A stretch of 52,355 nt of DNA, the filler included, from Jimgerdemannia flammicorona (Eukaryota), in assembly GCA_003990765.1 (NCBI GenBank). It is 2 parts of 2 records of this genome, joined end to end, with 100 filler letters (N's around TTAATTAATTAA, not from the genome) between each part and the next. Parts side by side here need not be neighbours in the genome. Positions count along the whole stretch, not along the records: positions 26,231 to 52,355 come from RBNJ01000759.1; 1 more part is not named here. The stretch is one strand, 5' to 3'. A program made the position numbers and the translations under genes. The notes under the pieces are model-generated. The model searched no databases. It was not told the DNA's origin and saw nothing but the letters and a program-made list of their open reading frames with translations. Positions 35,071 through 46,100 of this stretch are shown piece after piece. Position 1 is the first letter of the stretch. Each line of letters opens with the position of its first letter.

Positions 35071-37084
35071 AGTGTTCTAGTGGTCAGGTTGTTGAGGTAG
35101 TGCAGAGTGGTAACAGTTGCTCATGTTGCTGTTCAGGGTTTTTGGTTAGGGCAGGCACTGGCTATGTGTCCTGTCTTTTGGCAATAGAAGCATGCTCCGC
35201 TTCTTCGAAGTTCATTCCTTTCTTCTTCAGTGAGTTTCTTGAAGGTACTCAGCTGGGTTGGTTCATGATTTCTGGGTGTCCATGAGGTGAATGTGGAGGG
35301 AGCTCGAGATGCTTCATGCTTGGGTTCTTCTTTCTTGGTCCAAGTCTTTTCCTTATTGTTGAATTGTCTTCAAGGCAGAATTGGTCCAGCTGTTAGGATT
35401 TGCTTGACCATAGTCTTGATTCTTACCAGGCACCATTGTTGGTGATCACAACCAACTGGGTGACCTTGTTCTCAGATTTTTCTAGTAAGCCATTCAGGCA
35501 GGGCATCGAATAAATGGTCTGCTCTTGTACCATTTCATGCTTCATTATTGGCAATATATCCTAGGCCAACAGTGTTCAGGAGTGACTCAAGTTTTGTACA
35601 GAAGGTTTCGAATTCTTCTTTGCCATATACATCAAATTTGAGGTTGTGGAGTTTTACTCGAGATTCGGCGATCATGGTTTTGCTACAGTATTGGGCAATC
35701 ATGAGTTGTTTGAGTCCAGGGGCTGCAGGGTGGGCTCCATATCCTGGGGTATTGTTTGCTGCATTTTGGGTAACTACTACAGGTTGGGTGTCCCATGTGA
35801 GGGGTTTTTTTAGGAAGGGTTCACCACCATTCTTCAGCAGGTCCTTGGAAGAATGTAACAACTTGGCAGACATAGGCTATAGTTGTAGCGAAAAGTTGTT
35901 CCAGAGTGTGGTCTTGATTGTTTGTCAGAATGCGGTCAGCAACTTGCTCATTGGTCCATTGGTTGGCTTCAAAGTTGGTGTCAACTATACTAATGAAGCT
36001 TTGGACTTCTTGTACAGTACCATTGAAGGTAGGTAGGCTCAGATTTTTTGTAGGTCAGGTCTGTTCAGCTAGAGCAGTAATGGTTGCTACCATTATTGCT
36101 ACTTGGGCTGTGAGGTCTAAAATCTGTTGGTTCACCATGTTGTTTACTGGAGGTGGTTGGACTGCTGATAGTAGTATTACTGATACTACTTGAGGTACTG
36201 GTGTAGAGTGTGAGAGTGTTCTTTGGGTCTGTGTAAGTTGCTGGAGTAGTAGTTATGGGTCTGGAGTGAGGGCTTGATAGATAACTGTTTGTTGTTGTGT
36301 AGGTGTGTTCTGGCCTGATGGAGGTGCATCTCCTTCGGTGGTGTATCCGAGATCGAATTCACTGAGATACTCCTCCTTCTCTTCAGTTTGGTCTCTGTGT
36401 AATTGGGTTTGCTTGGTGTCGAAGTAGACGGAATCAGTTATATATCTGATTTCAGATAGACTTAATTCAAAGTCAAGTTCTGGTTTGGTATTGGTTTCAG
36501 ATTCGGGTAGAGCTGTAGTAGGGCCTGCTTTGGGTTTCAGGTCAGGTAGTTGATAAAGGATTTCTCTTGCTTCTTCTTTAAGAATATGGTGGGCCTTACT
36601 GTTCTGGAATTGGTAGTATAGTGTGGTCTTGGTCCTGGTGTGGTAAAAATTGGTAGAGTTGAGCTACTTGGCTACAGAGACCTGGGCTTCATGAAAAACT
36701 AAGGCTAGAAAGACTGCTGCTGGTTATCCTAGGTCACTCGGATTTGTGAAGCTGACAAAACTCTTGTTGAGAAGAGTAAAGAAGGCTTCTATAAGACCTT
36801 CTTCATCTTGACTTACTGGGTGTAGTGTAAGGAGTTCAGTGAATAGGATTTTGCCTATTTGCTGATTTAATTGGAGTACTTCTTTCTTTGAATGAAGTTT
36901 GTCCCACTTGTTGCAGATGTGGAGGTCAAATTGTCCTTATATGTCAGGTTTAATTCTAATCAGATTGTCAGATGGTTCAGGATAAATTCCAGTTCAGAGG
37001 TTAGGTTTTATACCAACTTGTAGGAATTTGCAGAGGGGTTTGTAGCAGAGTGAGGAAGCATCTTGAAGCAGAATTGGATTGTAA

Positions 37085-37097
37085 ACTGCTGCTACTA
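37085..37097 (-). other. Primer-binding site of element Z (mutated TGGTAGCAGCAG, initiator tRNA-Met-like)
   Basis: ACT-TAGTAGCAGCAGT immediately after the 5' LTR on the minus strand. TAG for TGG fits the G->A decay. The tRNA identity is inferred. Confidence 0.7.
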
Positions 37098-37100
37098 AGT

Positions 37101-38582
37101 TGTAAGAGGGTTGCTTTTTAGGGTAACCATTACGTAGTTCTGGAAGGGTTTTCTGGAAGTTCTGGATATTCTGGAAGACTGTTTTCTTATGGTCAAGATC
37201 AATTTCATATGGAGTATATCCTCTATGCTTATTGATTTCAAGATTGGGTTGACATCTCAACTAAAGTCCTTTTTGGACTAGTTCTGGATATTCAGAATTT
37301 TCCATATTTCAGGAAATTCAAGAAACTAAGACCAGCTTAGTTGAATTGGCATATCACTGCAGACAATACCCAATTAGGAAATTTCATGATGGAGTTAGGA
37401 GTGGGACCTAACAGGGAGCAGATTTACTTAAAAGTGGTTTGTGAGTTATTAAATAAGTTTATTCACTATTTATGATATTGCTATACTAGGAGTAGTTGGG
37501 TGAAGGGATATTGTAGTAAAGGGCTCAGAAGTTGTGTTTAGATTGTTCAAGTCTGAGATTCTGATGTCTGGGGGAGGGGGTATTTATACTAGTGATGGGT
37601 TATCTAGACTATGCTAAATATAGATATAGCACTAAGTACCTTGCTGAGTCAGAATGCAGTCACATAGTACAAGAATGATCTGATATATCAAGAGATCGTC
37701 TGACTACTGAGTTAGTTCACAGTCACATCATACAAGACTAATCTAACTATACTATGACTGCTAAGCTATTTATAGGTTTAGACACTATCTGGGTAGTCTT
37801 CGATGACATCACCATCGATGACATCATCTCTGACAAAGTCTGAGACTTCTGACATCATTAGTTTCAAGGTGTCATTACTTCTATCTCTTGCAAGATTAAG
37901 GCTATCCTTGGTGGCGGTAGTTGTACAAGGATAACAGGTCTTGGTTCTCTTTTTTTTTTGGTCTGCTGGCACATTTGCAAGGACTGGCCATTCTCGTCTA
38001 GGGCAAGGGCTCCCAATGTTGCAGCTGGGGATTTGAATCTCTTGGAAATATATTTTCTATAATCTGAGGCAATTTCTAGTAGTAATATCTGTCACATAGA
38101 TGGCTTGAGATTGGTTTTGATATTGTCAGCTTTCTTGAGTTCAGATGAAGCATCTATCACTCTCTAATAGAGGTGATACAGATAGAGCGAATGGAGTTGT
38201 TCAAATGTATTTTGCTTCTGCTAAGTAATGAGGTCTTGTATAGTTACAGTGTATCTTGGTCTTGAGTTGATAAGTGTAGCTCATAAACCTTTTGGTAGAT
38301 GAGATAGGGTTCTTCTTGTCTCAATTTGAGTTTGGTACTTTCAGTTTCCTTTTGTAATAGTACAGTATACCAAACTAGTTATAGTGGTTCAGAGTTAGTC
38401 TTATGGTTGTAGTACTTCTTCTAGTATTCTTGTATCTTAGTGGTGGGTTCTCGTACTTGCTGGCATATTTTGTATAACCAGATAATCTCTTCAGTAACTT
38501 GTTTTGTAGTCTCACATGTGGTTTCCAAATTAGTTCTGAGGATGCCATGCAATTTTGGTGGCTTGGAGGTTGTGTGCTTATA
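37101..38582 (-). repeat. 5' LTR of element Z
   Basis: Direct repeat of 32225-33706. The terminal TG has mutated to TA. Confidence 0.96.
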
Positions 38583-38960
38583 CTTTACTAAACAAAAGCT
38601 ATTCAAAATAATGTTCACTAAAAAAGCTAGAACTGCTGACTATAAAAACCTTGGATAACTCCTAAAAAAGACAGAATAATTATAAAATCAAACCTGAGCT
38701 CAGATAATCAAGACTCAAGAAAAGTAGAAGAAATATTTTAATCAAAAATAGAAGGATCAAAAGTTCAAGATTGGAGATCAAGTTCTTGTTTAGAGAAATA
38801 TAATTAAAATAAATTTGCTGCCAAATTAGAATCCAAATGAGAAGAATTTATATCTTATGTATAATATCAAAGAAATAAATATCTATATAAAAAGTATAAA
38901 TAGATATACCCTAAGGATCTCAGTCTATATCAATTGTCTCAAGAAATATCTACTATCTAT
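38583..38960 (+). pseudogene. Element X integrase C-terminal relic, continuing after the Z insertion
   Basis: FKIMFTKKAR, KFKIGDQVLV, KFAAKLESK*E (GPY/F module region). It resumes at the CTTTA target duplication. Confidence 0.8.
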
Positions 38961-39617
38961 ACTATAAACCAGAGAATTAATCATTATCTCCAGATCCTCA
39001 TTCTTAGCTTCTTCCAGACCCTGCTAGTACTCCTAACCCCAGTTCTGTAAAATCAATGAGATCTATCTTTAGTAGATTTAGATATACTAAGAGAATTTCA
39101 TTTTAGCAGAATATCTACTGCAAATCTACTAACTATAGATCTACTATATAATTAGTAAACAACTATAAGACCTCTCAGCTTCAGAATAGACCTATATCTA
39201 CAACATTACTAATCTATCTAGAAAAAATACTACTACTGCTGACAGACTTTATATAATCTATAAATGAAATATTACAGTACTAATATAAACCTAATTCTCT
39301 CTAAGTAATATATAAAAAATAAACATAGCTACCTATCTAAGTATTATTAGCTAGATTGAAGTTCTGTTCTCTGAGAAAGAAAATAAACCTCTAGAATAGA
39401 GTAATCTAGATATAAAAGAAGATAATAATATAGATATTAATGTAGAAGATACTTATAATTATTAGAATAATTATTAAAAAACAGTCTGAGATAGACTATT
39501 CTTTAGTAGAGACTAATATAATGAGCAAATACTATAGTATAGCCAAGATAACATACATATAAAGAATATATAATATAATTACTTTATATAATTACTTATA
39601 TATTGTAATGGTGACTC

Positions 39618-40712
39618 CAGAATAATGACATCAGCATAGAAGACAGTCTTTTCTTGCAAATCACCAGATTAGAGCATAAGAAGATTATACAGCATACATA
39701 TGAGATGAGTAATGATGACCAACTGTGAGTCATTGTGACCATAGTTGAGTATCTTGAGGAATATAAAAGAAGGATCAAGGAACTGCAATAGCAGCAACCA
39801 ACAAAACCCACCAATTCCAAAATAGCTCAAAGACTTACTATAAATGAAATGCCTGCTATTCACCAAATCTCAAGATCAAGGAACTATCAAGATATCTCAG
39901 TTGAAGAAAGAATGTTCTAAGACATCAGAAGAGCTATGAGAACTCACTCAAGAAGGACTCCTAGTGTCAACCTGGGTACTGCAGATCCTTATTACTTTAT
40001 CCTCTACTACTGTGAAATGGAAACAAGAATCACTATTGCTACTGAATGCCTCCAAATATGGCAGAAGTATAAAATAGGAAACCTCCTCTGCTGGGAGTTC
40101 CTACAGGTCAGCACTCAAGAGCTACAAGATACCACTCCCATAGATATATGTGAAACAAGAACAGTTAAGAAGATCCATCAGATCTTCAGGCATACACCAT
40201 GATCGATCCTCAACTTGGAGTATGTTAGAGTCTCAGATTTCAGAGATCTGTCATCCTGCTGTATCAATGAACTAGAAGCCAGAGTGGCTACAGAAGCCCA
40301 GTCCACTATTACTCTCAATAGTGATGAAGTAGAAGACTTCTAGTATTCCATTCTCCAGGACAACCCAGATCAATTCCTGTAAGGATTGATCTCAGTATTC
40401 CAAGGCCCAAGTATCCAGGTTAGACCTCTCTAAGACCCCACATTTGTTTCCTATTTTGTAGAAGAGAACCTCATAGACTAGAGAGCTCCAGATCTCCTTA
40501 TTCCTACCACTGCCACTACCAAATGTGATGATGTCATCAGCAATGACATCATCCCATGTGATATATGCAAAGCATATGAAGTATGCAAAACACATGACCT
40601 ATGTAATGATAATAATGAGACAGATGAGATGTTTGTGGACCTCATCTCCTTCAAAGACATCCTGACCTCTGATGAGGATAAAGCCCCTATGGTCTTGAAC
40701 ATTCTGCTCTAA
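39618..40712 (+). pseudogene. ~365-codon single-frame ORF relic inside the LTR of W, product unknown
   Basis: One frame (containing ORF 39936-40202) reads through with only stops explicable as CAA/CAG/CGA/TGG transitions and no frameshift. Confidence 0.7.
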
Positions 40713-40724
40713 GTTCCTTGGTTA

Positions 40725-40848
40725 TACTGAATAATGCCAGCACTGGTATTTTGATATAATACTGAATTATACCAGCATTGGTATTTTGATATAACACTGA
40801 ATTATACTAGTACCAATATTTTGATATAATACTGAATTATACCAGCAT
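40725..40848. repeat. 35-bp tandem repeat (~3.5 units) in the LTR of W
   Basis: TACTGAATTATACCAGCATTGGTATTTTGATATAA units at 40725, 40760, 40795 and 40830. Confidence 0.92.
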
Positions 40849-41218
40849 CCTGAATCTATACAACCATCAGTGCTGACCCTGGAACTTAGCAGTTTTTCCT
40901 GTCCTAGTATTTTATTTTAGTTATTGGAATTTATATTTAGCTTTATATCTTAGCAACCATTGAATTATATTTTGTATAAATATCCCTCTTATTTCTTCTG
41001 AAATAAAGTCAGTTCCTCTCAGTGCAATATATACACTTCCTTGCAAGCAATCTAAGAGATAACAAGACAGTTTAAAGATAAGAAGTTTGAGGACTATAAG
41101 ACCTTGAAAAGGCACTCCAATAAGAACTTGCTTATAATAAACTTGAGTTAGTCTAAGAGATATACCTTGAAGAGAATCTGGCATATTTGAAGGACTCAGC
41201 AACCACTATATGACAACT

Positions 41219-41233
41219 TGGTGCCCATTGACT
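41219..41233 (+). other. Primer-binding site of element W
   Basis: TGGTGCCCATTGACT starts 3 nt after the LTR-terminal CA and precedes gag. The tRNA was not identified. Confidence 0.7.
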
Positions 41234-41271
41234 GGTGATTCAAGATGAATCCCTCACTTTCAAGCTAAAAA

Positions 41272-43068
41272 ATGAACAACCCCCACAACAACTACCCTGA
41301 CTATAAGAGTCACCCCTGCAAGAATTCAAGACAAGATGGAAATGTATCCCCCCACATTCTATAGATATACTACTGAAGAGTCAATCCTGATCTTCATTGA
41401 AGACTTTGAACAATTCGCCACCATATAAGCCCTTGGTGTAGATGCACAATTGGCCCTTCTACCAGTCAGCCTCAGAAGACCTACCAGGGATAAGTTTAAT
41501 GCAGTCACTATTGCTGATAATGGTGTAGCCAAACTTGCCAATATGAAGGCCTTCCTCAGAACAACATACTATACTGAAGAGATCAAGCAAGCTCTCAAGA
41601 ATCAACTCAATACTATCTGCCAGAGACTTAGTGAAGATCCCAACTCATTCTATACTCGAATCTGCCATCAGATTATCTTGGCTAGCTATGATGATACCCT
41701 CAAGGAACAAATAGTAGATTCAACCTTCCTCAAAGGAGTTCACCCTAAAATTGCCCTAGCAATCTGGTTGACCCCAGCTGCACTGACCCTTGATCAGAAA
41801 GTGGTCTTTGCACAGAGATATTGAACTGCCAGACACCCTGCCAAACATTCAATGGAGAAAATAACTGGCATCAAGATGGAGCCATCAAAGTCAACTAGTA
41901 TCATACCTGCTACAGTTATAAACAGACAACTAACCCCATCTACCCCCAAGGCAGCCAAAGCTGACCCAGTAGAGAAACTTACCAAGCAGTTCACTGAGAT
42001 GACTGCACACCTTGGTGATATTGTTAGAGAAGTCCAAAGTGCCAACAGGAGACCAGTACAGAGATTTGTAGCTGCTATAGAAGAATGTAATATTACATGC
42101 TTCAGATGTAGAGAAAAAGGCCACTATGCAAAGAATTGCATGACCAAAACAAGATACAAAGTCCAACCAAGCAATGTTAGCAGAACCAGAGAACAAACTA
42201 ATGCAGTAGTCATTGAGGAGATTAGTGATACTGATGATGAAGAATACTATGAGGAGCTTGAATTCTACCTTGCTACTGAAGGTACCAGAACCCAGTCCAA
42301 GCCCTATGATAAGAAGAGCAACAGCAAGCCAGTTGGAAGACCAAAGAAGACCCCAGCTATCACTATTCAAAGTAAGACTCAACCTGAGAAGATTGATCAA
42401 GACATGAAGTTAGATGAAGCTGTCTACCAAATCATTGAAGGCACTACTCCAGTCTCAGGAGAAAGCAAAAGCAAGAAGGAACAGAAGCTGTACAAGACCA
42501 AGATCCACCAGTATGATATCTACAAGGACCTCAAGGAACAGAAGGTCAATGCTACTTTTGGACAGCTAGCCAAAGTCCCCACCTTCAGACAGCAGTTGAG
42601 AGTAGGACTTATAACTACTACCAAGAATCAAGAATACAAGATTGTAGAAGCTCACAATGCACAGGAAGAATCTGAAAACTTAGGTGAAGAATCTGAAGAC
42701 TAGTGCAAGACATCAGCCTATACTTTATATCAGATCGAAGACTATATCTTTGATGCCATCATTGATACTGGTGCTAGAGGATACCTCATGAGCAAGAAGG
42801 CAATTGACCACCTAGGTTGGGACATTGAAGAGTCCACCAAGATGGTCTATATCACAGCAGATGGTATATGAGCTACCCCCTTTGGCAAAATCCAAGAAGT
42901 CTCCATTAAGATAGGAGGAGCTATCATCCCAGTAGACATGATTGTTACAAGCACCACCAACTATGACATCCTTATTGACAACCAATGGCTTCACAAGGCC
43001 AAGGCTATCATTGATCTCAATGCCCAGAAGATGCAGATCAATTATAGAGGAAGAAAGGTATAAGTCTC
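41272..43068 (+). pseudogene. Element W gag - aspartic protease relic
   Basis: PPTF..FIEDFEQF, QRLSEDPNSFYTRI, FLKGV (Gag). CFRCREKGHYAKNC at 42098-42139. AIIDTGA at ~42755-42775. YDILIDNQWL. A few in-frame stops. Confidence 0.92.
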
Positions 43069-43150
43069 TTTTTTTTTTTTTTTTTTTTATAGTCCCTTGG
43101 ACTCCGTCTTTATTACCAGTCTATGAATAAGTATACAATATTACCACCCA

Positions 43151-46100
43151 CTATCCGATCCCCATCGGGGGGCCTCTCCCCACCTCTTCATATATAAAGA
43201 TCACCCTCTCACCAACAACTCCAACTCTCCCACCACTCTGACCACAGATTTTCACCACCAAGTGGCACCTCCGACCCCCCTGCAGCCCCCAACCAAGCCA
43301 CCAGCCTGTCAAGATATCCTCCATAAGGCACTGCCACCGTGATAACCTACTCTCCAAGCTCTGTCACCTCTCCTCCTCAAATACAAATAGTCAGTGACCA
43401 GCCAGCCCAACCCAAATAGCCAACACCCAGCCTAAAGTAATCCACTCCTCCCCTACCCCTCCTACCAATCGATCCCTCAGGTCCTCCCACCTCCCCTGTA
43501 CATTATCTCCCCTATGCCTCACCCCCAAGCAGTCCCCAATGGCCTGCCAAAAGTCTCCCAACACCTCATACTCCCCTAGCCAATGTTCTGGCATCTGTAC
43601 AAATCCCCCTTCCTGCCCTACATTATGACACTCCTCACAGTCAAAACAGCCCTCTACTACAAGGTGTCCTGAGTGGAAGTTAAGCATTACATTCCTCCTC
43701 AGCACATGCCACCAAACCACCCAGTACTTTGGCAGCATCCAATTTTTCACTGCGGCACTCCAGGTCCAAACCCCATACCAATCCCACTCCTCACCAATTC
43801 CAACTCCTTGCCAACCACTAGGCCACAGATCCTGGCCTGGTCCCCTTTGGCATTCAACTCCATCACCAATATTGAACTTAAGTAAAGGCACACCTCCCAG
43901 AAGGATGCCATCCCATCTCCACATCGCCGGGCCCCAAGCCCTCTCCCCCTCATCCCCTCACCAGCGAATACCAATGCGGTGTGCCCCCTCGGCTATTCCC
44001 CACCAGAAGCCTTTATATCTCAGTTGGGCAGTGTTCCGAAGCCCAACTAATGAAAGAAGATCACCAGTCAAGCCTCTTGGCAATGACCGCCTCTCCCAGA
44101 CCTTCTGCAGCAGGGGAACCCAGCCCCCTCCACACAACTCCACCACCCTCTTAAGCCACCATGCCCTTAAGCAGTGTAGTCATTTGGGGAAGTCCACCAG
44201 CCCAAGACCACCCCTCGCCACCAGTAGGGACAAAGTCTCCCAACCAATTTGACTCCATCTGCCAGCCCAAATCCATCCTTTGGCCACCTTCACCAATCTC
44301 TTCACTACCCAGACTGAGAAGTCCAGATGATAAGTCAAATACCACAGCTTCAGCAGCCAGTATACATTCAAAATCGAGATCCTCCCTGCCAGAGAGAAGT
44401 GTCTTCCCCCCCAACCCTGTAGGTCCTCCTCCCAAACTCCAATCCTCTGCTCCCACCACAGCCTGGACAGAACAGACCCATAAACTGACAAATAGATGCC
44501 CAAGTACCGCACTGCCTCTCTGGTGGGGACAATTGTTCCAATAACCTCTCCGCCCACAAGGCCGTTGTCCAGCACCATTGTTTCGTACTTGTGCCAATTC
44601 AGCTTTGCCCCAGAGTTCTCCTCATACCACTCCACTGTCTTCTTGAGCTCCTCGACATCAGCAGCCACTCCCAAACCAACCACCATGTCATCTGCAAAGG
44701 CTCCAACTTTCCAGCCAATTCCATAGATAGAGAGCCCCACTATCCTCCACCAAATCCTGTCCATTAGAGGTTTCAAAGAAAGAGTATACAAAATGGGGGA
44801 CAGTGGGTCCCCCTGGGGCACTCCCCTACCCAGAGGGAACACTACCCCTCTATACCCATTACACATGAGTGCAGCCCTACTCCTTTCCAGTAGGCTGACC
44901 ATCGCTGACCGAAATGGGACCAGAACTCCAATTCTATCTAATACTTTCACCAGCCAGACTTGCTGCACCTGGTCATAAGCCTTCTCCTGGTCCAAGAAGA
45001 CAAGACGCCCATCCAGTCCACAGGCTCGAGCACCTTCAATAACTCCATGTACCCAGGCTGTGCCATCTCTAATAAGCCGACCCCCTATGAAGCCCCTCTG
45101 CTCAGCACCAACAATTTGCTGGGCTACCTTCTGTAGCCTCATGACCACCACCTTAGTCACCAACTTTCTATCCATATCTAGCAACATGATCAGCTGCCAA
45201 TTCTTCCAATCCTCTCACCTTCTTTTGTTCTTATAAAGCAGCATCACCAGCCCAAGATCCTGCTCCCCCACCCATCTCCCTGACTGCAATATAAAGTCAC
45301 ACAGTGCTGTCAACTCCCCCAACATGCCCGGGACTCCAGCCATTCGCTTCCAGAAGTCCCAGGGTAGGCCATCCTCCCCAGGCACTGTACCTGAGGTTAT
45401 CGCAGCAAGAACCTGGTGGATCTCGTCCTCCTTTACAGGCAACCCCAGGTCCCCTACTCCCTCAGCTTGCGGTGGGTGCCAATCTTCTAACGTTTGGTCA
45501 ATGGCTGTAGCATCTGCCCCACCCTCCTCCTCACTCCACAATTCACACCATCGCGCCTTCAGCATTCCAAGGATATCCTGTATACCATGCACTAGTATAC
45601 CATCCAAGTCAAGTACCCCTTCCCACCACTGCTGAACCCTTCTCGCTCGAAGTGTCCTCATAAGAAACTTGGTAAGCCTCTCCCCTTCCTCCAGCCCCTG
45701 CCAATGCAGCCTTGCCACCAGGCCTTGTATTCTCAGCTCTTCCTCTTCCTGCAGCACTTGTTGCAGTTCCCCAACCTCCATCTTTACTCTCGTTGTTCTC
45801 CAATCCTCTTCGCCCTCCACTACTACCAGTCATGCCCACTCCTCCAGGAGCCTAGCCAATCTAGTAGAAGCCCAATATACTCCCCGCCTTTGCTGCTTCC
45901 CAGCCACTCTGCCAGCCTCACTCCAGTATAACCTGGCCATCTTTTTCATCCTCATCCACTGAACCCCAATTGTGGCCCCTTCCTGCCGCCACTTCTCCAC
46001 CTTCAGCTGAATGTCTTTCGCCCACTCCTCCCACCAGGACTCATCATCCAACAAGGAGGAATTTAGGCACCAATGTCCAGGCCCCTCACCACTTCCCCCA

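Larger units (their letters stand above)
33775..37260 (-). pseudogene. Element Z polyprotein relic: N-terminal extension - Gag - CCHC - dUTPase - aspartic protease - partial chromodomain
   Basis: LPTFNG (Gag), CFYCQKTGHIASAC, dUTPase, IMIDSGASGNF (34371-34403), IILGTPWL, then KFRDTF joined to NQTIEPPAPVIINDQEEYKVKQIL. Scattered nonsense codons and one homopolymer frameshift at ~35808. Confidence 0.9.
32225..38582 (-). mobile_element. Ty3/gypsy (chromovirus-like) element Z: two 1482-bp LTRs, gag-dUTPase-protease, RT/RNase H/integrase deleted; 5-bp TSD CTTTA
   Basis: LTRs 32225-33706 and 37101-38582 with TGTAAG...CTTA(C/T)A ends. TSD CTTTA at 32220-32224 and 38583-38587. PBS and PPT present. 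Confidence 0.96.
27942..39603 (+). mobile_element. Ty3/gypsy element X: old host of the nest; 5' LTR stub, RNase H-integrase relic, 3' region, PPT, 3' LTR stub
   Basis: Homologous LTR starts at 27942 (TGTGATGAGTGAATACTACAGTATAGCCAAGATGAC) and 39517 (TATAATGAGCAAATACTATAGTATAGCCAAGATAAC). A pol relic lies between them. Gag/PR/RT are absent, with an inferred deletion at ~28026. Confidence 0.7.
39604..43068 (+). mobile_element. Ty3/gypsy element W: ~1.6-kb 5' LTR, PBS, gag-protease; interrupted by LINE F
   Basis: Starts TGTAATGG where the mutation load drops. Ends ...TGACA at 41215, followed by ACT-TGGTGCCC (PBS). The left boundary is uncertain: the LTR could instead begin at 39517. Confidence 0.8.

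Noticed and set aside
35800..35815. AAAAAAC slippery site as a programmed frameshift in Z gag
   Set aside because: Restoring the frame needs removal of one A (+1, not -1), and the site is mid-capsid. A homopolymer indel or sequencing error is more likely.
40725..40848. 35-bp palindromic repeats as a CRISPR array
   Set aside because: Units are contiguous with no unique spacers, there are no cas genes, and the context is a eukaryotic LTR.
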